Shown piece after piece: positions 6,901-15,646 of a stretch of 25,031 bases of DNA. This DNA comes from a virus (lineage: Duplodnaviria; Caudoviricetes): positions 1 through 25,031 of IMG/VR virus record IMGVR_UViG_3300005804_000109; one strand, given 5' to 3'. The notes below the pieces were generated by a model that saw nothing but the letters and a program-made list of their open reading frames with translations, did no database searches and was not told the origin of the DNA. The position numbers and the translations under genes are program-made. The stretch's first letter is position 1. The number at the start of each line of letters is the position of its first letter.

Positions 6901-8494
6901 TCATTCGCGGGTTAGCGCATTTGTTCAATGCCCATACCAATTTAGACTGCGGTATGTGGAAGGGGTGTCATCTATTAGAGACCCGGCCCCGGACGATGCA
7001 CTCATTGTGGGAAGTGCCATGCATAAAGGGATTGAGCAAGGAATTGCAGCGGCAGTGCGATGGTACAGTGAGCAATTTGCCTTGCAGACAGATCTTCACA
7101 TCAGCGAAATCATTAAGTTGGAGATGCTGCTTCCCAAGGTTAGACAGCTCATTGATTACAACAACTCAACCTTTGAAGTTGAACTCCAGACCCCGGATTT
7201 CATTGGGTACATTGATCTCATGGTTAGCATGGCTTCGGAAGCGGTGGAAATCTATGATTTTAAATACTCTAATCACATAGACAGATATTTAGAATCGGAG
7301 CAACTACATGTGTATAAGCATTATCTAGAGAAAATTCATGGTATAGCAGTCAGTCGTATGGGATATATCTTCATTCCCAAGACTTCCATACGGCAGAGAA
7401 AAACGGAGGATTTATATCAATTCCGCCGTAGGCTGATCAAAACATTACAGGAAGCCAAGTTGCAGATATATGAGGTCACGTTTGATCAACAAAAAGTAGA
7501 CCATTTCTACCAAATGATCGATCAAATCAAAGCAGCGACGGACTACCCGAAAAACCCAACCAAACTATGCGACTGGTGCCAATACCTAGAATATTGTATG
7601 AAGGGGATGGATTATATGTTAATACTGCCTGAAAACAAAAGAGTCCAAGTGGATAAAGAGACAGCCCCAGTCCTCTGGCTATATGGGGTTCCGTTTAGCG
7701 GAAAAACCACCTTTTCCAATCAAGCGCCCGATGTGCTGCATCTCAATACGGATGGCAACGTCAAATATGTCGATGGTGCACGAATCATCATTCGCGATGA
7801 AATCAAACTGAACGGACGTATCAAGGAAACCACATTTGCTTGGCAGATGTTTAAGGACGCAGTGGAAACCCTTTGCATCGGCCAGCATGATTTTAAAACT
7901 ATCGTCATTGACCTAGTGGAAGATCTCCTCGAGCATTGCCGGGTGTATATGTACGATAAACTTGACATCACCCATGAGGCGGATGCCGGTTATGGGAAAG
8001 GCTATGACATGGTTCGGACTGAGTTCTTGCCGCAAATTCGTCGGCTGACCAACGCGGGGTACGGAATTATTCTAATCAGTCATGAGGTCACAGCGGAGAT
8101 TACCAAGCGTAACGGAGAAAAAGTCACAGTAATTCGCCCCAATCTGCAAGAACGGTATGCGAATAAAATCGCTGGAATGGTGGACATCGTGGGGCGTGTC
8201 GTTATTGAGGAAGATGATAACAGGTGGATCAAATTCAAGACTGATCCAATGCAATTTGGTGGCGGTCGACTTAAGTTCAATAGCGATAAGGTAGAACTTG
8301 ACTATAGCAAATTTATGGAACTTTACCAAACCGCGAAGCCAGAGGCAAGCGTGAGACCCATTCGGCAAAGTTTGCCTGTGAGCGAAGTGGTGGAAGAATC
8401 ATTGGGACAAGTTGTAGTTGCTGCTATGAATGAACCGCCCGAAGGTACTGTTGCTGAAGTTAAACCCAAGCGACGTTCCCGTAAAGCAGTCTAA
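6890..8494 (+). CDS. Cas4/RecB-like PD-(D/E)xK exonuclease fused to AAA_24 (Sak4-like) ATPase
   Basis: SHS...CP, GYIDL..IYDFK, QLHVY, CDWCQYLEYC in the N-half; GVPFSGKTT Walker A, IVIDLVED, LISHE in the C-half. Confidence 0.85.
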   Translation: MQFSHSRVSAFVQCPYQFRLRYVEGVSSIRDPAPDDALIVGSAMHKGIEQGIAAAVRWYSEQFALQTDLHISEIIKLEMLLPKVRQLIDYNNSTFEVELQTPDFIGYIDLMVSMASEAVEIYDFKYSNHIDRYLESEQLHVYKHYLEKIHGIAVSRMGYIFIPKTSIRQRKTEDLYQFRRRLIKTLQEAKLQIYEVTFDQQKVDHFYQMIDQIKAATDYPKNPTKLCDWCQYLEYCMKGMDYMLILPENKRVQVDKETAPVLWLYGVPFSGKTTFSNQAPDVLHLNTDGNVKYVDGARIIIRDEIKLNGRIKETTFAWQMFKDAVETLCIGQHDFKTIVIDLVEDLLEHCRVYMYDKLDITHEADAGYGKGYDMVRTEFLPQIRRLTNAGYGIILISHEVTAEITKRNGEKVTVIRPNLQERYANKIAGMVDIVGRVVIEEDDNRWIKFKTDPMQFGGGRLKFNSDKVELDYSKFMELYQTAKPEASVRPIRQSLPVSEVVEESLGQVVVAAMNEPPEGTVAEVKPKRRSRKAV

Positions 8495-8518
8495 ACTAAG
8501 ATAAGGAGAGGATTGAGC

Positions 8519-8983
8519 ATGGCTAACACGAACATCTGGGACAAATGGGATAAAAAGATCGATACCGCCGGGTTGAAAAACGATGTCCAAAAGGTCGCCG
8601 AGAACAAACAGGATTACAAGGATGTCCCCCGTGGGAAGTATGAGGTGAAGATTGCTAAACTGGAACTAAAGGCAAGTAAGAAAACAGATGAGCCTATGCT
8701 GGCTTGCTGGTTTAAAATTATTGCCGGTCAATATAAGGGACAATACATTTTTTATTACCAGATGCTCACCACTGGGTATGGCATCCATAGTGCAAATGAG
8801 TTCTTGCGTAGCTTGGACAGCGGGATTGAGATTGGATTCGAGAACTTCCAGCAGTTTAATGATATGCTCATGGATATTTCGGAAGGCATCGAAGCAGAAA
8901 ACTTGGAGTATATCTTGGATTATGGGGAAAACGATAAAGGCTATAAAACCTACAGAGTAGACGATGTCTTTTCAGGCGTATGA
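8519..8983 (+). CDS. DUF669-like putative ssDNA-binding protein
   Basis: DVPRGKYEVKI..LELK.SKK..PML...FKI..G.YKG..IF; acidic; follows the AAA_24 gene. Confidence 0.75.
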   Translation: MANTNIWDKWDKKIDTAGLKNDVQKVAENKQDYKDVPRGKYEVKIAKLELKASKKTDEPMLACWFKIIAGQYKGQYIFYYQMLTTGYGIHSANEFLRSLDSGIEIGFENFQQFNDMLMDISEGIEAENLEYILDYGENDKGYKTYRVDDVFSGV

Positions 8984-10674
8984 TCTTCTTCGATTTTGAA
9001 GTGTTTTGTTATGATTGGTTGGTGGTGTTGGCGAATGCCAACACCCAGACCTTTCATACCATTATCAACGATGCAGATAAGTTGCGCCGGTTTTATGAAA
9101 AACACAAAGAAGAGATTTGGGTTGGCTACAACTCGCGCAGCTACGACCAATACATTCTAAAAGGGCTCTTACTCGGGTTTGAGCCCTATGATATATCCAA
9201 GTTCATTATCGCTGATGGACGAAAAGGCTGGGAATATTCGAGTGCTTTTCAGCAAATCCTACTCAACGTATTTGACATCATGACCACAATGCATAGTCTG
9301 AAGCAATTAGAAGGGTTTATGGGCAATGATATTCGGGAAAGCAAGGTCAGCTTCAAAAGCGAGCGAAAACTGACAGCGGCGGAACTGAAAGACGTTGCGG
9401 CTTACTGTAGGCACGATGTGGAGCAGACCATAGAAGTTTTTATGAATCGGATTGAGGAGTTTGAAAGTCAACTTTCATTGCTAAATACCTTTCAACTCCC
9501 CTTAAAACTGATTCATAAGACCAAACCCCAGTTAGCAGCGATTATTCTAGGCGCCAATCGCTATTCGTATAAGGATGAGTTCGAGATTGCTTTGCCGGAC
9601 ACAGTGCGGCTGGCAAAGTATCAGTATGTTGCTGAGTGGTACAACTATTCGAGTAACCGAAACTATGAAAAGTCTTTCAAAACAACCGTGGCTGGGGTGC
9701 CACATATTTTTGCCTGGGGCGGCCTGCATGGAGCGAGAGACAACTACCAGGGGGAAGGCATGTTTTTATCCATCGATGTAGCGTCCTATTATCCTGCACT
9801 GATGATTGAATACAATTTTTTGAGTCGCAGTGTTGCCGATCCGGACAAGTATCGCCAAATCAGGGATGAGCGTATTCGACTGAAGAAGAAACAGAGTACG
9901 TTGCAGCTTCCCTATAAAATCGTGCTCAATAGTACCTATGGCGCTATGAAGGATAAGTACAATGCTTTATATGATCCGCGTCAGGCGAATAATGTATGTG
10001 TTGGTGGTCAATTGCTGCTGCTGGATCTCATTGAAAAGCTGGAACCATATTGCATCTTGATTCAGTCCAATACAGATGGCATAATCGTTAAGCTTGGCAA
10101 TGTAGGAGTAGACACCATAAAATCCATTTGTGCTGAATGGGAGAGCCGTACCCGCATGGTCCTCGAATTTGAGGTCTTTGTCCGTATCTACCAAAAGGAC
10201 GTCAATAATTATATCGTATTGCGGGAAGACAGCAGTTATAAGTCTAAGGGCGCTTATGTGAAAAAACTCGATGCATTGGACAACGATTTGCCAATCGTAA
10301 AGAAAGCCCTTATCAACTATTTTACCCAAGGAATCCCGTTGGAAGAAACCATAGGAAACTGCACAAACCTGATGGAATTCCAAAAGATCGTTAAGGTGTC
10401 CAATAAATACTTGTATGCTACGCATGGCAACAAGATCCTAAATGAGCGTGTGCTGCGAGTGTTTGCTTCACGTAGCAGGCGAGATCCAGGGGTATTTAAG
10501 CATAAGTCGCCAGTGCGGATCGAGAAGATTGCCAACACTCCAGAACGTTGTTTTATCGAAAATGACAGCGTCAATCACGTGGCGCTGCCAACGAAACTGG
10601 ACATCCAATGGTACATCGAAGTGGCCCGGAAACGACTACAAGACTTTTTGGTAGGGGGTGAGACCGGTGTTTAA
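8980..10674 (+). CDS. Family B DNA polymerase with 3'-5' exonuclease
   Basis: ExoI FDFE, ExoII GYNS..YD, ExoIII YCRHD; motif A DVASYYP, motif B K.VLNSTYG, motif C NTDG. Confidence 0.88.
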   Translation: MIFFDFEVFCYDWLVVLANANTQTFHTIINDADKLRRFYEKHKEEIWVGYNSRSYDQYILKGLLLGFEPYDISKFIIADGRKGWEYSSAFQQILLNVFDIMTTMHSLKQLEGFMGNDIRESKVSFKSERKLTAAELKDVAAYCRHDVEQTIEVFMNRIEEFESQLSLLNTFQLPLKLIHKTKPQLAAIILGANRYSYKDEFEIALPDTVRLAKYQYVAEWYNYSSNRNYEKSFKTTVAGVPHIFAWGGLHGARDNYQGEGMFLSIDVASYYPALMIEYNFLSRSVADPDKYRQIRDERIRLKKKQSTLQLPYKIVLNSTYGAMKDKYNALYDPRQANNVCVGGQLLLLDLIEKLEPYCILIQSNTDGIIVKLGNVGVDTIKSICAEWESRTRMVLEFEVFVRIYQKDVNNYIVLREDSSYKSKGAYVKKLDALDNDLPIVKKALINYFTQGIPLEETIGNCTNLMEFQKIVKVSNKYLYATHGNKILNERVLRVFASRSRRDPGVFKHKSPVRIEKIANTPERCFIENDSVNHVALPTKLDIQWYIEVARKRLQDFLVGGETGV

Positions 10675-12535
10675 GGGTTATGTGAAGACCAGCGGGAAAA
10701 TACCGCAGGAAAAGCTGGAAAACATGCGCCTCAGCCCTCCTACCAGAGGAGACTACGCCGGTGTCCTGGCGGATGATATGATTCAGATTGATGTTGATGA
10801 TAAGCTGCATGCCGAAATCGTCTATACCATCGTCAAAGATCTGGATCTAAATTGCAGTGTCTTGAAAACGACCCGGGGCATGCATTTTTACTTCAAAAAT
10901 ATCGGCATCAAAAGTAAGTCGGTAAAATCATTTACTCCCATTGGTATTCCGATAGATGTCGGAATCGGACTGAAAAACGGTTTAGTGCCGCTAGTTGTCA
11001 ATCAAGTAACCCGCGAATGGTTACACAAAATGGATGACGTAGATCCTTTACCGGACTGGTTGCGGCCGCTGAAAATTAGTCCAGTGGATTGGTTCAGCCT
11101 TGGTGAAGGCGACGGAAGAAACCAGGAACTGTTCAACTATATCATCAAACTGCAGTCGGCAGGGTTGCCCAAACCAGCCATCATTGAAGCGATCAATCTT
11201 ATTAACCGTTATATCATCAAAACCCCTTTGTCGCAGAGGGAGATCGATACCATTACCCGGGATGAAGCGTTTCCAACTGAGGTGTTCTTCAGCGAACGGG
11301 GCGGTTTCTTACATGACCGCTTTGCCCATTGGTTTTTGAATAATGAACATGTTGTCCGTATCAACGAGGTGCTGCACATTTACGCCAACGGTCTATATAC
11401 CAGTGAGACGGAAACGTTTGAACGGAAGATGCTGGCGAAGATACCAAATCTGCGAGCCAGTCAGCGAATCGAAGTATTACGTTATATTCGGATCCAGTGC
11501 GAGCTAGAAACCAAGCCGGCGGATCCTCGCTATCTGGGATTAAAGAGTAAGATATATGATATTGAAACCGATACCTTACTCGACTATCATCCTCATATCA
11601 TTCTATGCAATAGAGTTCCGTATGATTATGATCCGAATGCGTATGATTCCACTGTAGATGAGGTGATCCGTAAAGTCACCTGTAAAGATGAGAGTTTGCG
11701 CCTGCTGTTGGAGGAGATGATTGGCTATTGCCTCTACCGAAGAAAGTCTTTGGGCAAAACCTTTTTCCTGACGGCCGGCGGTGAGAACGGTAAATCTACA
11801 TTTCTGGACATGATTAAAACCATGCTCGGCCGCGAGAATATTGCTAGCCTGGAACCGGCTGACTTTGAGAAACGGTTTGTAAATGCGCAGCTCTTTGGTA
11901 AACTAGCCAACATTGGCGATGACATTAGCAGCAATTATCGGGAAAACTCCAGCATTTTCAAGAAACTAGTAACTGGGGACAGTATTATGGTGGAGAACAA
12001 AGGGGAAAAACCATTCATGTTGGATAACTATGCCACCCTCATCTTCTGTACTAATGAAATGCCACGCATTAACGATCAGACCCATGGCTTTATGCGCCGA
12101 TTAATCATCATCCCGTTCAATGCGAGTTTTAGTCCGGCCGATCCGGATTACGATCCTTTTATTAAAGAGAGACTACTGACGGAGAGCGGTATGAAGTATT
12201 TGCTGCGGTTAGCGATCACTGGGCTGAAGCGGATCCTGACCAATCGGCGTTTTACCGATAGCGCCAAAGTTACTGAGCAATTGAAGGAGTATGAGGAAAT
12301 CAATAACCCGGTACTGTTATTTGTGAAAAACCATGAACTTGAACATCAGGCAGTGTCTGATGTGTACCTGCAGTATGCTGCCTGGTGCCGCGAGAACGGT
12401 TTGTCGCCGGTCAGTAACATTAATTTTGGCCGGATTATCAACAGCAAGAAATTGTTCAAAACGGCATTTCGCAAAAACGATGGTAAATCGATTCGGATTT
12501 TTGTGGCTAATGATCACTCTAAAGGCCACAGATGA
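10667..12535 (+). CDS. P4/D5-type primase-helicase (AEP primase + PriCT + SF3 helicase)
   Basis: IDVD and TTRGMHFYF AEP motifs, GEGDGRN, GGENGKST Walker A, NIGDD, FCTNEMP, RRLIIIPF; GTG 10667 preferred (RBS AGGGGGTG). Confidence 0.9.
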   Translation: MFKGYVKTSGKIPQEKLENMRLSPPTRGDYAGVLADDMIQIDVDDKLHAEIVYTIVKDLDLNCSVLKTTRGMHFYFKNIGIKSKSVKSFTPIGIPIDVGIGLKNGLVPLVVNQVTREWLHKMDDVDPLPDWLRPLKISPVDWFSLGEGDGRNQELFNYIIKLQSAGLPKPAIIEAINLINRYIIKTPLSQREIDTITRDEAFPTEVFFSERGGFLHDRFAHWFLNNEHVVRINEVLHIYANGLYTSETETFERKMLAKIPNLRASQRIEVLRYIRIQCELETKPADPRYLGLKSKIYDIETDTLLDYHPHIILCNRVPYDYDPNAYDSTVDEVIRKVTCKDESLRLLLEEMIGYCLYRRKSLGKTFFLTAGGENGKSTFLDMIKTMLGRENIASLEPADFEKRFVNAQLFGKLANIGDDISSNYRENSSIFKKLVTGDSIMVENKGEKPFMLDNYATLIFCTNEMPRINDQTHGFMRRLIIIPFNASFSPADPDYDPFIKERLLTESGMKYLLRLAITGLKRILTNRRFTDSAKVTEQLKEYEEINNPVLLFVKNHELEHQAVSDVYLQYAAWCRENGLSPVSNINFGRIINSKKLFKTAFRKNDGKSIRIFVANDHSKGHR

Positions 12536-12766
12536 CACGGATCAGACACGGATGGTCACGGATGAAATCCCCATAAATAGGGAAGGTCACGGATGACACG
12601 GATGTTTCTTATTACTAAAGAAAGTGTAATAAGAAATTATTATATAAGTAATATATATAATAATGGGATTATCCGTGTCATCTGTGACCAAATGCTCCGA
12701 AACCAGTAAATACGGCTGTTCTAGCGGTCACGGATCTTCTAAACATCCGTGACCTGAGCCGTGACC
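12527..12766. repeat. Putative replication origin: CACGGAT iterons around an AT-rich core
   Basis: CAC(G/A)GAT direct copies at 12527, 12536, 12547, 12557, 12588, 12597, 12729; inverted at 12671, 12680, 12745, partial at 12758; AT-rich 12604-12670. Confidence 0.8.
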
Positions 12767-12833
12767 TTGTTGTGCTTTTGGATGCTGAAATGAGGCGAAG
12801 CGATATGGAAGAAGTGATAGGGAGGCAAAATGG

Positions 12834-13247
12834 ATGAACGCTAAACAGTTTTTATCGCAGGCGTACCACTTGGATCAACGGATCAATAGCAAATTAGAGC
12901 AAGTCGCTGGTCTGCGGGATTTGGCAGCTCGTGCAACTGCTGGCATTCATGCCGCCCGGGTAAGTGGAACTAAACAACGTAGCCCCCTGGAGAATGCAGT
13001 GGTCAAGCTGGTGGACTTAGAGCATGAGATTAATGCGGACATTGATAAGCTGGTGGATGTGAAACGGGGGTTAGCTGCGTTAATTGCGACGATAGACAAT
13101 TCGGCGTATCGGATTTTACTTGAACTGCGGTATTTAAACGGCGGAACTTGGGAAGACGTGTCTACGCATATGGGGTATGATTTGCGCTGGGTTTATCGGT
13201 TACATAACCGAGCATTGGTAGAGGTGGAGCGGAAAATTCAAACGTAG
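12834..13247 (+). CDS. DUF1492/ArpU-RinA-like late transcriptional regulator
   Basis: MNAKQFLSQAY.LD.RINSKLEQ...LLELRYL....WE.V...MGY..RWVYRLH.RAL C-terminal HTH; last gene of the early operon. Confidence 0.85.
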   Translation: MNAKQFLSQAYHLDQRINSKLEQVAGLRDLAARATAGIHAARVSGTKQRSPLENAVVKLVDLEHEINADIDKLVDVKRGLAALIATIDNSAYRILLELRYLNGGTWEDVSTHMGYDLRWVYRLHNRALVEVERKIQT

Positions 13248-13322
13248 GGATCAGAATGACAGGCAGTGAAGGTGCAAAATATATATTGAGAGCCTTTAAT
13301 GAAAATAGATTCTTTGAATAGG

Positions 13323-13360
13323 AAAAGGGACTGTGGAAAATCACAGCCCCTTTGTATTTT
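13323..13360 (+). terminator. Hairpin / possible terminator after the late regulator
   Basis: AAAGGGACTGTG-GAAAAT-CACAGCCCCTTT followed by a T-rich tract. Confidence 0.45.
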
Positions 13361-13467
13361 ATTCGGGAAACGTAATGGAATTACTTGAAAAGATACCTTC
13401 CATGGGTAACACCACCAAACGAATGTGCTATAATTATGTAAAACCAAAATACATAGGTGGTTGAAGT

Positions 13468-14402
13468 ATGCCGAAACAAAAGTTATCGATTGATGGGCAA
13501 ATACAGCATATGAAGAAGAAGGGCATATTATTCAATATTGTAGATGAGGCGGCTGCAAAGCATTTTTTGCAAAATCATAATTATTATTTCCGCATCAAGT
13601 CCTATGCCAAGAATTATGATAAATACATACGCGGAGAAAATAAAGGAAAATATATCAATCTGGAATTTGCGTACTTACAGGAACTATCAACATTGGATAT
13701 GCATTTTCGGAAGTGCATTCTAAAAATGACGATTGATATTGAGCATTTTTTGAAGACGCAATTGATGCGTGATTTTGCAATGAATGAGAAAGAAGATGGC
13801 TATAATATTATCAATCTATTTTTTGCCCAGAATCAATATGCCAAAGATAACATCGAAAGATTGAAAAGTGGTTCCTTATGTGGCGATTTGATTGATAAAT
13901 ATATAGATGAGTTTGCTGTTTGGAATATTTTGGAAGTGATGTCCTTTGGAGATTTTATTAATCTTTATAAGCTTTACTATAGTTTATATCCTTCAAAAAA
14001 TGATGCGAGTAGCCTTTTGTGGTCTGCGAGAATTTTGAGGAATGCTGCGCGCATAATAATTGTTTGCTTAATAGTTTGAAGACCCCTTATTCCAGAAGAA
14101 TAAGTCTTAATTGGGATGTAACTAAATATATATCTCAGATTCCCGGGATATCTAAAGGATCAAGAATCAAAAAGATGTCTAATCCGGTGATCTATGACTT
14201 TATAGTAACGCTCCATCTTTTTAGTCAGATTGTAAGCAGCGAGGATGCAAGGCGATATACGATGAATGAACTTAGAGACTTGCTAGGAACTAGATTTGCT
14301 AAGCATGAAGATTATTTTGCCAAGAATGAAGTGATACAATCCAATTTTGATTTTTTGCGAAAACTAGTTGACTTCTACGCGGCGGAAAGAGTACAATTGT
14401 GA
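13468..14402 (+). pseudogene. Abi_2 (AbiD/AbiF-like) HEPN abortive-infection toxin, frameshifted
   Basis: N-part LSIDGQIQHMKKKGI...NYYFRIKSY...LDM.FR...IEH.LK; two ORFs (13468-14079 and 14019-14402) join with one added base near 14046 to restore LRNA(C/A)AHNN; extended -10 TGcTATAAT at 13426-13434. Confidence 0.85.
14368..14397 (+). promoter_or_regulatory. Promoter embedded in the 3' end of the abi gene
   Basis: TTGACT (14368-14373)-N18-TACAAT (14392-14397). Confidence 0.6.
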
Positions 14403-14403
14403 C

Positions 14404-14460
14404 ACAGAATAAAAGCGTAAGCTTTTGATGGGGTGGTGCCTGCACCACCCTGTTTTTTTT
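14404..14460 (+). ncRNA. Candidate AbiF-associated RNA antitoxin (~57 nt)
   Basis: Own promoter; AAAAGC-GTAA-GCTTTT GNRA hairpin; GGGTGGTG-CCTG-CACCACCC terminator with T8; no ORF inside. Confidence 0.6.
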
Positions 14461-14492
14461 ATCTGTATATGGTGGTGCATCCTTTAACTGTG

Positions 14493-14540
14493 GTATCGCT
14501 AAGCAATTGGTCTGAAAAGCAGATGATATATCTCAGACAT
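14493..14540 (-). pseudogene. Remnant of the RelE/ParE-like toxin N-terminus
   Basis: ATG overlaps the antitoxin stop (ATGTCTGA), with GAGGTG RBS upstream; reads MSEIYHLLFRPIA*RY, like typical 'Y.I.F.P.AERY' RelE starts. Confidence 0.4.
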
Positions 14541-14784
14541 CCTTGCCAAACACCTCGTCCATGGTGGCGGCGGGCATTTCGCCAGAGGCAATTCGTTCAG
14601 CTGCTTCAGTCATATGCTTAATCGCATTGTGGATGTTTTTGTTTTCCAATGCGAAGCGGCGAATGAGTTCATCGCCTGACAAGCCGGCGGCAATAAGATC
14701 CTTCAGGATTTCTACGGAAAAATCATCCTGTTCGCTGCCGATTGGACGAATGCGAGAACTGTGCTGGGGAGTTTTAGCAAGCAT
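14533..14784 (-). CDS. Antitoxin-like protein: C-terminal part of an AbrB/MazE-family antitoxin lacking the AbrB DNA-binding domain
   Basis: IRP...DFSVEILKDLIA.G.SGDEL...F.......I..A...M...A..IASGE..AAT..EVFG; AGGAG RBS; minus-strand promoter TTGATA-N17-TATGAT at 14832-14860. Confidence 0.65.
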   Translation of the reverse strand: MLAKTPQHSSRIRPIGSEQDDFSVEILKDLIAAGLSGDELIRRFALENKNIHNAIKHMTEAAERIASGEMPAATMDEVFGKDV

Positions 14785-14880
14785 AAATAGTCACTCCTAT
14801 TCTATGACTTGAGAATGGCCACTTTGAAATTATCATAACAAAGAAACAGAGGAATATCAAATTGTATCATGGCTACAAAC

Positions 14881-14927
14881 AAGCCACTAAAAGCCATTAA
14901 AAGCCACTGTGGAAATGTGATAGTATA
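14881..14927 (+). promoter_or_regulatory. Late promoter with three 10-bp-period direct repeats
   Basis: AAGCCACTAA AAGCCATTAA AAGCCACTGT, then TGaTAGTAT extended -10 and no consensus -35; upstream of the HNH/packaging genes. Confidence 0.6.
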
Positions 14928-15030
14928 TAAACTGAAGAAGTACAATTGTTGAAAGCCCTTGAAGGTTTAGGCCTTCCAGGGCTTTCTTTATGCCTATTTA
15001 CCATCATTAGATTCCGGAGTTGATGTATTG

Positions 15031-15384
15031 ATGCCAATGAAACCCAAGAAGCCCTGTCAGCATCCCGGGTGTCCACTGCTAACGTCTGACACCTATTGTG
15101 AGTTCCATGTGAAGTTGCATGCCAACGACCGAGCAGGTTCTCATGAGCGTGGTTACAGTAGCCGGTGGCAACGGGCCAGAAAGTTGTTTTTGCAAAAGAA
15201 TCCCCTGTGCGCACTGTGCGAGATTAAAGGTAAGTTGACTCCGGCAACCGTTGTGGATCACATTACTCCGCATCGTGGCGATGATGATCTGTTTTGGGAC
15301 GATAATAATTGGCAGCCGTTATGTAAGAAATGCCATGACATTAAAACCGGCAGCCGAGATCGACACACCTCCTACCGCTATTAA
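15031..15384 (+). CDS. Packaging-associated HNH endonuclease (HK97 gp74-like)
   Basis: MPMKPKKPC.HPGC, RGYSSRW..AR..FL..NPLC..C, ATVVDHI.PHRGD..LFWD..NWQPLCK.CH..KT. Confidence 0.92.
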   Translation: MPMKPKKPCQHPGCPLLTSDTYCEFHVKLHANDRAGSHERGYSSRWQRARKLFLQKNPLCALCEIKGKLTPATVVDHITPHRGDDDLFWDDNNWQPLCKKCHDIKTGSRDRHTSYRY

Positions 15385-15440
15385 GTGTAAAAGTAATAAA
15401 ACCAGCATGAATGTTTACACGAAGAAAAGCCTTTGCTCCC

Positions 15441-15532
15441 AGGGGAGGGGCGGGTCAAATCTCCACGGGCGACACCCCCAAGACCGCCGCCCCCCTTCGC
15501 GCGAAATTTCGCAGAATAAATAGACGGGGGGG
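15441..15532. other. Putative cos / packaging-initiation region
   Basis: GC-rich non-coding tract GGGGAGGGGCGGGTCAAATCTC...GACCGCCGCCCCCCTTCGCGCGAAATTTCGCAGAAT...GGGGGG directly after the HNH gene, the usual position in HNH/P27-terminase phages. Confidence 0.55.
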
Positions 15533-15646
15533 ACATAAATATATTGCTATTGTGGCACGCAGACCCCATTAATACTGGGTACAAGCGTGTTTTTATTTTG
15601 CGCAAAAGTATCGCGGAAATCGCGAAATAAGAAAGGAGTTTCTGCT

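Noticed and set aside
6890-7615. Cas4-like nuclease as evidence of CRISPR-Cas
   Set aside because: No cas1/cas2 or array; it sits in a phage recombination module
12527-12766. Repeats as a CRISPR array, or ORF 12333..12596 as a gene
   Set aside because: Units are 7-9 bp in both orientations with irregular spacing, which fits iterons; the ORF overlaps the primase out of frame
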